Positions 8,978-18,039 of a DNA stretch of 32,000 nucleotides are shown in pieces. The stretch is from an uncultured archaeon (GTDB lineage Archaea; Asgardarchaeota; Thorarchaeia; Thorarchaeales; Thorarchaeaceae): positions 615,010 through 647,009 of the forward strand of contig CAYHAA010000001.1 of NCBI GenBank assembly GCA_964354495.1, in the 5' to 3' direction. The notes under the pieces are model-generated. The model worked only from the letters and a program-made list of their open reading frames with translations. It was not told the origin of the DNA and ran no database searches. Position numbers and translations under genes: made by a program. Numbering within the stretch: position 1 is the stretch's first letter; every line of letters begins with the position of its first letter.

Positions 8978-10060
8978 TTGACAGAAGTCGCTGAAACGAA
9001 TCCAGAGAGTACTGAGTTCTTGCGTGCTAAACTTCGTGAACTCAAAATACAATCTAGAGATGAACTTGACGCACTCCGCCATGACAGGGATCAAATGCGT
9101 GAGTATAAGCAAATTCGTGATGATCATAACAAAGAGGTAAAATCACTCATCGAGTCTGTGAAAGCGGAACGTGAGGAACGGGACCGGATCAACCAAGAGA
9201 TTACAGAGGCCAAGGAGAGAAGACAGGCAATTCACGCTCAACTCGCCAGCATTTATGATGAGATTCGTGAACTCCGCAGTAATCTTGTCGGTAGCCCTTC
9301 AACAGATCAACGCCGTATGATGCGTCAAGTCGAAGAGCTTGAGTGGAAACAGCAAACTGAGCAGCTCTCAAAAGATGAGGAGTATTCCATTGTTGAGGAA
9401 ATTGCTCGAATTGAGGCTCAGCTCGTCAAGATTGGCCAGGAAAAAGAGAAGCAAGATCGAATCAGCGAAGCACGCAGGTTAGCCAGAAAACTAAAGGAAG
9501 AGGCTTCCGAAGTGCATGAGAAGGTGCTGTCACTTTCAGAGCAGTCTCAGATTCATCATCAGGAAGTTGTAAGGATACGACCACAACTTGAGGAGTACAA
9601 GAAATCTGCAGACAAAGCTCACAAGAACTTTGTTGAGTGGCTAAAGAAGGTCAAAGAGGGCGAGGCACGGCTCAAGGAACAGAGAACTCAAATCGAGGAT
9701 ATCCAAACGAAGCTGCGCAAACAGACTGTAGAGAAGCGCGACGAGGAGCGTGATGAGCAACGTCAACATCAGAAGGCTCAAGAACGTGAGCGCGTCGAGT
9801 CCGCAGTTGAGAAGCTTCAATCAGGCAAGAGGCTTACATTCGATGAGTTCATTCTCGCTCAACGGACGGTAACTGATGATAAGAAGCGGTCCAAGAAGAA
9901 AGCACATGATGCTGAGAAGGCAGATGAAGTCGCTGCATCAACGACGGAATCCAAGGCTACCCCTGACTTTGAACCCGATGACGAACTCGAGTCAATACTC
10001 GAAGAGTCTGAGTCTAAGCCTGATACAGAACCTTCGCCTGACAATGAAACCGATCAGTAG
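8978..10060 (+). CDS. Archaeal long coiled-coil protein (COG1340-like) with acidic disordered tail
   Basis: Charged heptad-rich sequence with VEELEWKQQTEQLSKDEEYSIVEEIARIE and the KLQSGKRLTFDEF terminus typical of this family. GAGGT RBS at 8964 before the TTG start. Confidence 0.75.
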   Translation: MTEVAETNPESTEFLRAKLRELKIQSRDELDALRHDRDQMREYKQIRDDHNKEVKSLIESVKAEREERDRINQEITEAKERRQAIHAQLASIYDEIRELRSNLVGSPSTDQRRMMRQVEELEWKQQTEQLSKDEEYSIVEEIARIEAQLVKIGQEKEKQDRISEARRLARKLKEEASEVHEKVLSLSEQSQIHHQEVVRIRPQLEEYKKSADKAHKNFVEWLKKVKEGEARLKEQRTQIEDIQTKLRKQTVEKRDEERDEQRQHQKAQERERVESAVEKLQSGKRLTFDEFILAQRTVTDDKKRSKKKAHDAEKADEVAASTTESKATPDFEPDDELESILEESESKPDTEPSPDNETDQ

Positions 10061-10113
10061 CAGTGAATTGGGCTGTTCTCTAGGCAGAAGCCGCTGAGAA
10101 GAGGGGTCAAAAC

Positions 10114-11373
10114 ATGAGCAGTGTAAGCGAGAGACCAGTTGGCCGTACACCTACGACAACGGTGTTCTACACACTGGCTATCGGCTCCGGTGTGATGAGA
10201 GCTCTATCCGTTGTCTTTGATTTCCTTGCCATCAACGTCGTAAGCATAAACACTCTTGTCTTCGGTTTCTTGTCTCAATGGGTCAGTTTTCTCACCACAA
10301 TCATCATTGTGGCAGTTGTCAGTATCAGAAGGATTTCGAATGGTCGAAGACAAGCAATCGGGTATAGTCTGGACCCTGACTTTGACAGGCTAAGGCTGTT
10401 GCCGAGGAAGCCCATGACGTACATCATAATTGCGGGATTCTTTGCGGGTATTTCCACACTATCCTATTACGTCCTAGTGGGCTCTACAGATGCCTCATCA
10501 ATGCTGCCTTACGGCCAACTTGTCATAGTCTATCTGCTCATGGGCGATCTGGCGGCAGAAAAAGACTCGCCCACGGTTATCGAGATACAATCCCTTATGT
10601 CGATTCTTTTTGGTGTCTTGCTGATAGGAACAACGCCCATCGGGTTTGACCTGGTGGCGTTGCTCATTGTCCTAGGCCCAATGAATATGTCATCAGCAAT
10701 CTTGACCTATTACCAGCGAAAGACAAAGAGGTATGAGATTCGTCCAGGCCTTCGTGTCGATGCGTTGAACATGAGAGTATGGAGCCTGCTTGTTCTAAAC
10801 TCTGTCATGAGTCTCCTGATGCTGCCCATGATGCCACCAACTGCCTGGCAAATGATGGCTGAGAACATCATTCCGCTATTCTGGATAATGGTTGGTTCAT
10901 CAGTCACTGCATTCCTATCCATTGTGATGTATATACGCGCTCTCGGCAAAGGGTCCATGGCAGTCGTGAACTCGCTCTCTGCAATCTCAGTAGTGCTGGG
11001 CATTCCTGCTACGCTCATAGGTAACCTCTTCATTCCAGGGGGCTTTGGAGATCTTGGCTCTGATTCATTCCTTTGGACGCTCAAGATATTGGGCATCATG
11101 CTCGTGATGATTGGCATAGTGGCTTTACAAGCAACAGATATCCGCTCATTAGTCCTAGTGAGAGTCAAGCCAATGACTCGCGACCTTCTTCCCGAACTCT
11201 ATGACATAAAGGGCGTAGAGAAGGCAGCAGCGCTTGCTGGAGATCTTGATTATATATTGACAATAAAGAGCAGAAACTTGGCAAAGACAGGGACAATGAT
11301 CCTCAACAAAGTGCAGAAGATACCCGGAATTGATACTATCGAAACACTGGTGGTAATAAGAGAATACAGGTAA
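10114..11373 (+). CDS. DMT/EamA-like multi-pass membrane transporter fused to a C-terminal Lrp/AsnC ligand-binding (RAM) domain
   Basis: About 10 hydrophobic segments in two repeats (YIRALGKGSMAVVNSLSAISVVLG), then a soluble domain LVLVRVKP...VEKAAALAGDLDYILTIK...KVQKIPGIDTIETLVV. Confidence 0.75.
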   Translation: MSSVSERPVGRTPTTTVFYTLAIGSGVMRALSVVFDFLAINVVSINTLVFGFLSQWVSFLTTIIIVAVVSIRRISNGRRQAIGYSLDPDFDRLRLLPRKPMTYIIIAGFFAGISTLSYYVLVGSTDASSMLPYGQLVIVYLLMGDLAAEKDSPTVIEIQSLMSILFGVLLIGTTPIGFDLVALLIVLGPMNMSSAILTYYQRKTKRYEIRPGLRVDALNMRVWSLLVLNSVMSLLMLPMMPPTAWQMMAENIIPLFWIMVGSSVTAFLSIVMYIRALGKGSMAVVNSLSAISVVLGIPATLIGNLFIPGGFGDLGSDSFLWTLKILGIMLVMIGIVALQATDIRSLVLVRVKPMTRDLLPELYDIKGVEKAAALAGDLDYILTIKSRNLAKTGTMILNKVQKIPGIDTIETLVVIREYR

Positions 11374-11391
11374 AAAAGGAGAGAATATGAA

Positions 11392-11643
11392 GTGACCGAA
11401 TTAATACAGTCCTATATCCTCATGGAGATCGAGATTGGCATGACTGATCATGTCGTTGACCAGCTTAGGCATATTGAACAAGCAACTCGGATTGCAGTGA
11501 CAACCGGTGGATATGACATTGTCGTGCTGCTAGAAACCAAGGATTTGGAAGAACTATACGATATAACAGTGAATCACATTCACAAGATTTCAGGGATCAA
11601 AGAGACTTCTACAGCTGTTGTGGAGAAGATGATATCTGCATAG
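11392..11643 (+). CDS. Stand-alone Lrp/AsnC ligand-binding (RAM) domain protein
   Basis: SYILMEIE...VTTGGYDIVVLLETKDLEEL...IHKISGIKETST; no N-terminal HTH. Confidence 0.88.
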   Translation: MTELIQSYILMEIEIGMTDHVVDQLRHIEQATRIAVTTGGYDIVVLLETKDLEELYDITVNHIHKISGIKETSTAVVEKMISA

Positions 11644-11765
11644 CATGACATCACTCACAGCATGGTTGATTGGTTTCTGAATCTGCTGTACAAACAATCA
11701 GGCTTTTCTGCTTCCACGTTTAGGAAATTCCAGCGGAATAGGATAATCTCTGCTCACTCTCGACA

Positions 11766-12722
11766 ATGGACGTGGAAGAATTGGACGAAGTCATTGTTTC
11801 TGGTTTGACCAAGAGGTTTGATGATCTGACTGCTGTAAATCATATCGATCTGAATGTCCCTGAAGGGTCTATCTATGGGCTGCTGGGGCCTAATGGAGCA
11901 GGAAAATCGACAACGATTAGACTCCTCTGCACCTTGCTTCGCCCCGATGAAGGAACTGCCTCCGTGGGCGGTTTTGATATCATCGAGTCGCCAGTCAAAG
12001 TCCGAGAGATAACAGGAGTGCTGCCTGAGGAGGGGAACCATACCCTCTACCAAACATTGTCTGCGTATGAGAACCTGGAGTACTTTGGCAAGCTCTATGG
12101 TATTCCAGAAGACGAAATACCTCCGAGGATTGAGGAATTGCTGTCCTTTATGGGTCTCTGGGAACGAAAGGATGATCCCGCTGGAGATTTGAGCACGGGA
12201 AACCGCCAGAGATTGGCCCTTTGCCGCGCGCTTCTACACCGTCCAAAGGTATTGCTACTGGACGAACCCACTTCTGCGCTTGATCCTGTAGCCGCTAAAA
12301 AAGTCAGAGAACTTATTCTCAGTCTGGCTGAGAAATACAAGCAGACGTTCTTTATCAATTCGCACAATCTTGCTGAAGTTCAGAGAATTTGTGATAGAAT
12401 CGCAATAATAGATGAGGGCAAGATCCTACTCAGCGGTGATACCCAGGAGCTTCGTTCTAGGTTACAGGCAAGCCAGAACTACAAAATCCGTGTTGCGAAC
12501 GATTTGGAGGGCGCGCTCTTGGTTGCCAAGTCCATGAACTTTGTCAAATCGGTTGAGAAAGAGGTTGATTCCATTATCGTCACAATCGAGGACCCTGATA
12601 GTAGCAACTCTGTTCTCATGCAATCCCTCTTATCAAAGGGTATCAAGATAATAGAATTCGCTGAAGAAGAGGCAACTCTGGAGGATCTATATCTTGATGT
12701 GATCAAGGGAGGTGCTGAGTGA
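11766..12722 (+). CDS. ABC-2-type exporter ATP-binding protein
   Basis: Walker A GPNGAGKST, signature variant LSTGNRQR, Walker B LLLDEP, H-loop NSHNL. Confidence 0.95.
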   Translation: MDVEELDEVIVSGLTKRFDDLTAVNHIDLNVPEGSIYGLLGPNGAGKSTTIRLLCTLLRPDEGTASVGGFDIIESPVKVREITGVLPEEGNHTLYQTLSAYENLEYFGKLYGIPEDEIPPRIEELLSFMGLWERKDDPAGDLSTGNRQRLALCRALLHRPKVLLLDEPTSALDPVAAKKVRELILSLAEKYKQTFFINSHNLAEVQRICDRIAIIDEGKILLSGDTQELRSRLQASQNYKIRVANDLEGALLVAKSMNFVKSVEKEVDSIIVTIEDPDSSNSVLMQSLLSKGIKIIEFAEEEATLEDLYLDVIKGGAE

Positions 12723-13477
12723 TGGCACTACACAAATCAATGCTTGTCGCAAGGGCTGACCTCAAAATGGCAATGAAAGTCAGCTATGTGAAATATGGAT
12801 TGATCGGGATCGCTGCACTTGGTCCTATCATGATGGTTGGATTGGTCCTCGCAATCGCCCTACTTGACCCTGCCATTGCCGCAGCTACTCTAGGAATGAT
12901 GGATCCACTGCTCTCACCCATGCTAGGAATTATCGCTATAATCCCGGCATCACTCATCTCAGCAAATGCACTTGTTGGAGAGCGAGAGCAGAACACTCTT
13001 GAGCCTCTTCTCTGTACTCCCCTGACAGACCGCGAGCTCTTGGTAGGAAAAGCTCTTAGCTCTCTCATTCCAAGCATAGCGCTATTGCTGGGGTCGATAC
13101 TCATCACCGAGATAAGTACTGTCCTTATCCTCTTGTATGTCGGGTCCGAGGTCGTTCTGATTCCGGGTATTCCCTCCCTGTTTCTTCTTCTCACAGCAGG
13201 TCCTACGCTTATTTTGGCGATAATATCTGTGATGATTCTGATCAGTGGGAGAGTCAAGCGCGTTTACGAAGCCTACCAGACATCGGGCGCGACTGTATTG
13301 ATTTTCATAATCCCAATGATGCTTCCAATGGTGTCCATGGATGCTTCAGGAAACGTGGATATGAACTTGGTCTGGTTGTCCAATATCGTCACATTTTTGA
13401 TCTGCCTATTGCTTGCACTCATTACATGGGCACTGGCAATTGGGAGGTTCAACAGAGACAGAATGGTGTCGATGTAG
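12719..13477 (+). CDS. ABC-2-type exporter permease
   Basis: Six hydrophobic segments and GEREQNTLEPLLCTPLTDRELLVGK; overlaps the ATPase stop codon. Confidence 0.9.
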   Translation: MMALHKSMLVARADLKMAMKVSYVKYGLIGIAALGPIMMVGLVLAIALLDPAIAAATLGMMDPLLSPMLGIIAIIPASLISANALVGEREQNTLEPLLCTPLTDRELLVGKALSSLIPSIALLLGSILITEISTVLILLYVGSEVVLIPGIPSLFLLLTAGPTLILAIISVMILISGRVKRVYEAYQTSGATVLIFIIPMMLPMVSMDASGNVDMNLVWLSNIVTFLICLLLALITWALAIGRFNRDRMVSM

Positions 13478-13482
13478 TCTAG

Positions 13483-13513
13483 GAGGGCTTCTAGCCCTCT
13501 CTCTTTCTTCTTT
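13483..13513 (+). terminator. Hairpin plus pyrimidine tract between convergent genes
   Basis: GAGGGCT-tct-AGCCCTC followed by TCTCTTTCTTCTTT, 6 nt after the permease stop. Confidence 0.6.
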
Positions 13514-13522
13514 GGCGGCACT

Positions 13523-14050
13523 TCAGTTTCTCAGTTTCTTCAGACCCTTCGGATATCGTCTTGCAAGATCCTTATAGATGGTCTTGAATCTTGTGAGTTC
13601 CTCTTTGTGATGGTCCTGAACATCACCAATAATCTTCGCAGGTATTCCGACTGCGATTTTGCCATTAGGAACTTCGAATCTCGCTTTCACCACAGCTCCT
13701 TCTCCAACGATTGCCCATTCTCCGATGACAGCATAGTCGGATACAACCGCTGCCATGCCGACGACCGCCTCATCATGAACAGTTGCATTGTGAATAATAC
13801 AGCCATGACCCAATGTCACATTGTCACCAATGACCGTGAGTTCTCCTGGTCTTGCATGGATGATTACATTGTCTTGGACGCTTGTGCCATTCCCAATTCG
13901 TATCTCTCCATAATCGCCCTTGACCACAGCTCCGGGTGCGACATAACATTCCTCTCCAATAGTCACCTTACCAATCACGGAAGCATTGTGGCTCACATAC
14001 GTGCTCTTTCCGATCTGAGGGATTCTGTTTTCAAACTCATAAACACCCAT
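13523..14050 (-). CDS. Gamma-carbonic-anhydrase-family hexapeptide-repeat protein
   Basis: ASVIGKVTIG, VVKGDYGEIRIG, SVQDNVIIH and TLGHGCIIHNATV; three conserved metal-binding His present. Confidence 0.92.
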   Translation of the reverse strand: MGVYEFENRIPQIGKSTYVSHNASVIGKVTIGEECYVAPGAVVKGDYGEIRIGNGTSVQDNVIIHARPGELTVIGDNVTLGHGCIIHNATVHDEAVVGMAAVVSDYAVIGEWAIVGEGAVVKARFEVPNGKIAVGIPAKIIGDVQDHHKEELTRFKTIYKDLARRYPKGLKKLRN

Positions 14051-14195
14051 TGGAAAACCTCAATTGTCTGATTCTTTTAGCGTTTATTAGCTTGCAGGTA
14101 GCAGAAATGAAGAATAGGTCTAGGCCCGAAACGTTAAAGTCCTGAAGAGACTCTCTGATACCCTAGCCACTCTATCAAGCAGAGGGAGTACAGTA

Positions 14196-14582
14196 TTGCC
14201 AAGGAAGAAAGATATGCCTCATTTTCCCATTCTGCGAGGTGAATCTGTTAGTGAGAGCGGCGAATTCTCGGGGACCGCCTCAGTCGTGTGTAGTCCTGAA
14301 GAACTAGAACAGGAATGGGACGAAGATGCTATTGTTGTACTTGAAGATGACCTAGAAACCTTCTTCGATGAGAATCCAGAGGTGTTAGCAGATCTATTCA
14401 GCCAAGTGCGAGTTGTCATCGCTGAATTTGGCGAATCGATTGGGCAATTTGCTACAACTGCTACCGAACACTCGGCTATGGGCATTGTCGGTGTCAAGGA
14501 TGCGACACATGTTCTTGAAAACGGGATGCATATTCGTGTCGTGGCAAAAGAGAATCAGGCTGACATATTCTTCATTGATTAG
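14196..14582 (+). CDS. Stand-alone PEP-utilising-enzyme mobile (phosphohistidine swivel) domain lacking the catalytic His
   Basis: GTASVVCSPEEL and AEFGESIGQFATTATEHSAMGIVGVKDATHVLENG align without gaps to the family pattern [35 protein letters not shown], with Gln at the His position. Confidence 0.65.
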   Translation: MPRKKDMPHFPILRGESVSESGEFSGTASVVCSPEELEQEWDEDAIVVLEDDLETFFDENPEVLADLFSQVRVVIAEFGESIGQFATTATEHSAMGIVGVKDATHVLENGMHIRVVAKENQADIFFID

Positions 14583-14664
14583 TTGAAGTGATTACTCTAA
14601 CTCATCGTCGAAATCATCAAGGCTTTATGTTACTCCTGTGCCACAATAATATGAGGTTTCGCCG

Positions 14665-15705
14665 ATGGGAGATCTGGAGGAGGCTCTGAAACGCCGCTAC
14701 TACTTGGTTGACATCCGGAGCGTCCAATATCGGCACATCCTAGTGATTGCCGTTTCATTGCTGATTTTCACCTCATATGCCATCTTCCTCTGGCTCCTCT
14801 GCTCCCTTTCCTCTTCTGTATCAAGCGCTCTTCTTCTTGTTGTGACGCAAATATGCCTAGGTATCGCTGTGACACGTGCATACCATGATTTTGGATTGAC
14901 AACTAGAAAGAAACTGCAATTCTACAACCCTAGTTTGCATGGCCTAGAGGGGGACATCCATGACCTCAGGATGCACATTGGAGACATTCCGCTTCTGTTC
15001 GAAGTCATGGGAGCTCAGGTCAAGAAATACGACAGAAGCAAGTCTGATGACCTAATGGATATCTCATGGTTTCTAGTCATCGTATGGGCAATTACCTCAG
15101 CAGGAGCTCGTTATGCTAATTTCCTTGGTCAAATACTGTGGATATTCGGAGTCTTCGTCTTACTAGCTGCTTGTCTTGTAGCCTACGAGAGTGGATATTG
15201 GACGAAAGGTGGGTCCTCCTTTGAAGAGAGTCTGGATCATCTGGAGTACTATGTAGTCACGCTATTGAGGAATCTTGATGCAGTGTTGCCCACTGCGAGT
15301 TCTGCGCTGATTCTTCAACTAGCGGCCCGAGGACGCAAGACAATCATCATCGATATGGCGGCAGAGTTCATAGCAAAGGATGTCACCATTGAATATCATA
15401 TTGGCCTGTCTTCTGCTCTTCAAGAGCAGTTCATCGTGAAGTCTTCTAATGAAACAACTAATGCAGTCTACGATAAGCTCAGGGCTCTTGAAGCAGTTAT
15501 AGAAACAGGATGGGTTGTTGAATCTGTAACAGCCCCGCCAGGAGATGCTGTTAGGATTCTGAATCCTGTGGCACTGCTGAACATTGCTGATAGGAGCTCC
15601 TTTGTGACGAGCCCATCTAATATTGAAACGAATTCAGCAGCCCCGCAAGCTATTCTGTCTTCTATAATATCTGCTATTGATGGCTTTTCTGAAGTAGAAC
15701 AATGA
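14665..15705 (+). CDS. Hypothetical membrane protein (about 4 TM in two pairs plus a soluble C-terminal domain)
   Basis: 346-aa ORF with hydrophobic stretches near residues 25-70 and 135-175. Confidence 0.7.
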   Translation: MGDLEEALKRRYYLVDIRSVQYRHILVIAVSLLIFTSYAIFLWLLCSLSSSVSSALLLVVTQICLGIAVTRAYHDFGLTTRKKLQFYNPSLHGLEGDIHDLRMHIGDIPLLFEVMGAQVKKYDRSKSDDLMDISWFLVIVWAITSAGARYANFLGQILWIFGVFVLLAACLVAYESGYWTKGGSSFEESLDHLEYYVVTLLRNLDAVLPTASSALILQLAARGRKTIIIDMAAEFIAKDVTIEYHIGLSSALQEQFIVKSSNETTNAVYDKLRALEAVIETGWVVESVTAPPGDAVRILNPVALLNIADRSSFVTSPSNIETNSAAPQAILSSIISAIDGFSEVEQ

Positions 15706-15789
15706 TTTACTGCGATATACCAATCGATATTGATAAGAGTGTTTGAAACTGATTGAGTTTGAAATCACACGAATTGGAGCCCTTATGCG

Positions 15790-17115
15790 ATGAAGGTCAA
15801 GCTTAGAGTGGAGAGTCAATGGCTTGAGCTTGAAAGCAAGATTATGGAAAAAATGAAACAAAACTATGAACAGTGGGAACGCGAAACGTTAAGGAAGGCC
15901 AAGGATGCAGCTGACCTTAGAGACCTTCGAAGAGTGTTTTACGAACTTGGCGACCGTTGGGAGTTTGACCAGACCACAGGAGCTTGGCTGGAAGGTGCCA
16001 AACCCCTAGATACAGTAGGCCTTATTCTGCGCATGCCGGGTCTCAGACCCAAAAGGGAGCGTTATGTTCTCTATGCTGTCATGGCGTACTCAAAAGGATT
16101 GACCGGCCGGTTTGACCATCTTGGCGACAAGGAAAGAATCATCATCGAACGAGACACTGAAACTGGACGTATTCAGTGCTGGTCAACAACAGGTCATGGC
16201 GAATTGGACGTCTTCCCGACAGACCTGACACGCTACCGATCTCTTACGAATGTCTTGACCTCCTGCAAGCTCGTCGCCCAGCCAGGGGACCATGCGCTCA
16301 GACTCGAGGTGCCCACCTCCACAGGATTGTTCAACATGATCTCCCTGCGTCTCTGGGAAATTGCTAGTGGCTCACGATCCTATCACACAGAGGACATTGA
16401 CGTCTTCACTGCTGAAGATATCGAAAACGCGTTTGACTTTAGGTTTCACAGGTATGCCAATTCAGTCATAGAGCTTGACAGAATGTGGCGTCATCTATCT
16501 GGCGGCGCTGCTGAATGGACAAAAGAGCGCGTTCTAAATAGGATTCCGAACGATGTTGAAGAGCGTGATAAAAAGACATTAAGAAGAACTGAGGGTCTTA
16601 TCCACGTTCTTTGGTTTGAACCAGCATTTTCACAGCAGCGAGCTGTCGAAACGTTCCACAATGAGCTTCAGTCAGAACCGAGCCCAACAGAAGCGCAGAG
16701 AACACTGATTCCATTTATAGGCGAAGTTGCCTACTCCCTAGCTGATATCACAGAGAAGTCAAAATACCTGAAGTGGAGAAGTGTCGTTGATAAGGAGAGC
16801 TTTCGCAAGAGTGAAGCCTTCAGAGATATCAATCTATCTTCTTTGGTACAAGAAGCCTTTGCTGCGGCATTGAATGATATACTTCGGGAACATTCTCTAG
16901 CCTATATTGGATATCCTGAGAAATCAAGAATTACGAGCAAGTTCATGAGGATTATCCTCAGTTCAGTTGTTCTTCCTGCGCGTCTTCTTTCATCGTTCAG
17001 AGCATCTGCCCGAAGAAGACTCAAGGGAATCACTATCAAACTGAAAGAGAGAGGAAGACCCAGAAATCTCAAAGAATCTGTTGAGAGCAACAGTGAGCCA
17101 GATTCGGCTAGCTAG
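15790..17115 (+). CDS. Hypothetical protein with a Vps62/NPP1-like H-x-G-D-x-E motif region
   Basis: 441-aa ORF containing YAVMAY...DHLGDKERIII...WSTTGHG...VAQPGDHAL. Start may be further downstream. Confidence 0.55.
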   Translation: MKVKLRVESQWLELESKIMEKMKQNYEQWERETLRKAKDAADLRDLRRVFYELGDRWEFDQTTGAWLEGAKPLDTVGLILRMPGLRPKRERYVLYAVMAYSKGLTGRFDHLGDKERIIIERDTETGRIQCWSTTGHGELDVFPTDLTRYRSLTNVLTSCKLVAQPGDHALRLEVPTSTGLFNMISLRLWEIASGSRSYHTEDIDVFTAEDIENAFDFRFHRYANSVIELDRMWRHLSGGAAEWTKERVLNRIPNDVEERDKKTLRRTEGLIHVLWFEPAFSQQRAVETFHNELQSEPSPTEAQRTLIPFIGEVAYSLADITEKSKYLKWRSVVDKESFRKSEAFRDINLSSLVQEAFAAALNDILREHSLAYIGYPEKSRITSKFMRIILSSVVLPARLLSSFRASARRRLKGITIKLKERGRPRNLKESVESNSEPDSAS

Positions 17116-17878
17116 CTGGACCCGCGAAGAGATTGAGCAATTCACTTAGAGAATGAATCACTATGGTGTTTTCTGGGGCTAGGTTCTTCTCCAAGGGATT
17201 AGCCCATGTCGTAAGTATTGGAAGCATCTCTGCACTCATCGAGGCCTTGACATCTGCATCGACAGTGTTGCCTACATAGGCACACAATCTGGGATTGATG
17301 CCTGTTTCGTATGCCGCCTGTATTAGTGTATAGGGACTTGGTTTTGCATACCCCGATACTGCAGTCCATTGGACTGTTGAGAGCAGCTTGCGAATCTTCC
17401 AGCGCTTCAGAAGGCTCTCTGGATCGTCATGTCTACGCGTGCAGACGCCAAGAATGTAGCCCCTCCGTCTTAACTCCTCTAGGACTTCCTTTGCATCATC
17501 TACTAGACTCTCCCAGTTCGACAGTGTTATCTTCTTCCATGCGCGTTCCATTTCTATCAGTGTCGAATCGCTCACATCGTTGATGCCAAGGTGTTCAAGC
17601 AATTCCCTGTTGGCATCTACCCAATCCTCTGGCCTAGTGCCCCAATGGATATCGACCTCATTTTCAATCTGATAATTCTTGATCCAATCATTCATTCTTG
17701 AGATTGAATCTTTTAGCTGTTGATTCGTTATCTTATGAAAGTCCACACCAGCTGCCTCGGCAGCTTCTCGTGCAAGTTCAGGAAAACCCACTCTTGTTCT
17801 GGTGATTGTATGGTGAATGTCAAAGAAGATAGCCCTAATCCTTGATGCGTGCTTTGGGAAAGACTGAGACTCTGTCAT
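17108..17878 (-). CDS. HAD-superfamily hydrolase with atypical motif I
   Basis: IFFDIHHTI (motif I), GVCTRR (II), YAKPSP (III), YVGNTVDADV (IV). Confidence 0.85.
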   Translation of the reverse strand: MTESQSFPKHASRIRAIFFDIHHTITRTRVGFPELAREAAEAAGVDFHKITNQQLKDSISRMNDWIKNYQIENEVDIHWGTRPEDWVDANRELLEHLGINDVSDSTLIEMERAWKKITLSNWESLVDDAKEVLEELRRRGYILGVCTRRHDDPESLLKRWKIRKLLSTVQWTAVSGYAKPSPYTLIQAAYETGINPRLCAYVGNTVDADVKASMSAEMLPILTTWANPLEKNLAPENTIVIHSLSELLNLFAGPAS

Positions 17879-17900
17879 AAGTGCTGGACGTCAACTGGTT

Positions 17901-17909
17901 CTATAAAAG
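17901..17909 (-). promoter_or_regulatory. Putative TATA box for a leaderless HAD transcript
   Basis: TTTTATAG on the minus strand about 24-30 nt upstream of the ATG at 17878, with no RBS before that ATG. Confidence 0.45.
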
Positions 17910-18039
17910 AAAGCGGATATATTCAGAATTGGTGCAAACCAGCTCGTGCAGCGAGCTACAAGGCGCACCTATTTCGGTACACTCAATAAGGAGTGTTTCC
18001 AGCCATGTCCACTCACCAGTGCACCGGAGGTTATGAACG

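Noticed and set aside
12190-12215. ABC signature LSTGN instead of LSGGQ
   Set aside because: Variants of this kind are common in ABC-2 exporter ATPases and all other motifs are intact.
17881-18036. Selenocysteine or other read-through of the in-frame TGA at 18034 upstream of the oxidoreductase
   Set aside because: The upstream in-frame peptide is not protein-like, the family normally begins right at the dinucleotide-binding strand, and an RBS sits immediately before this point.
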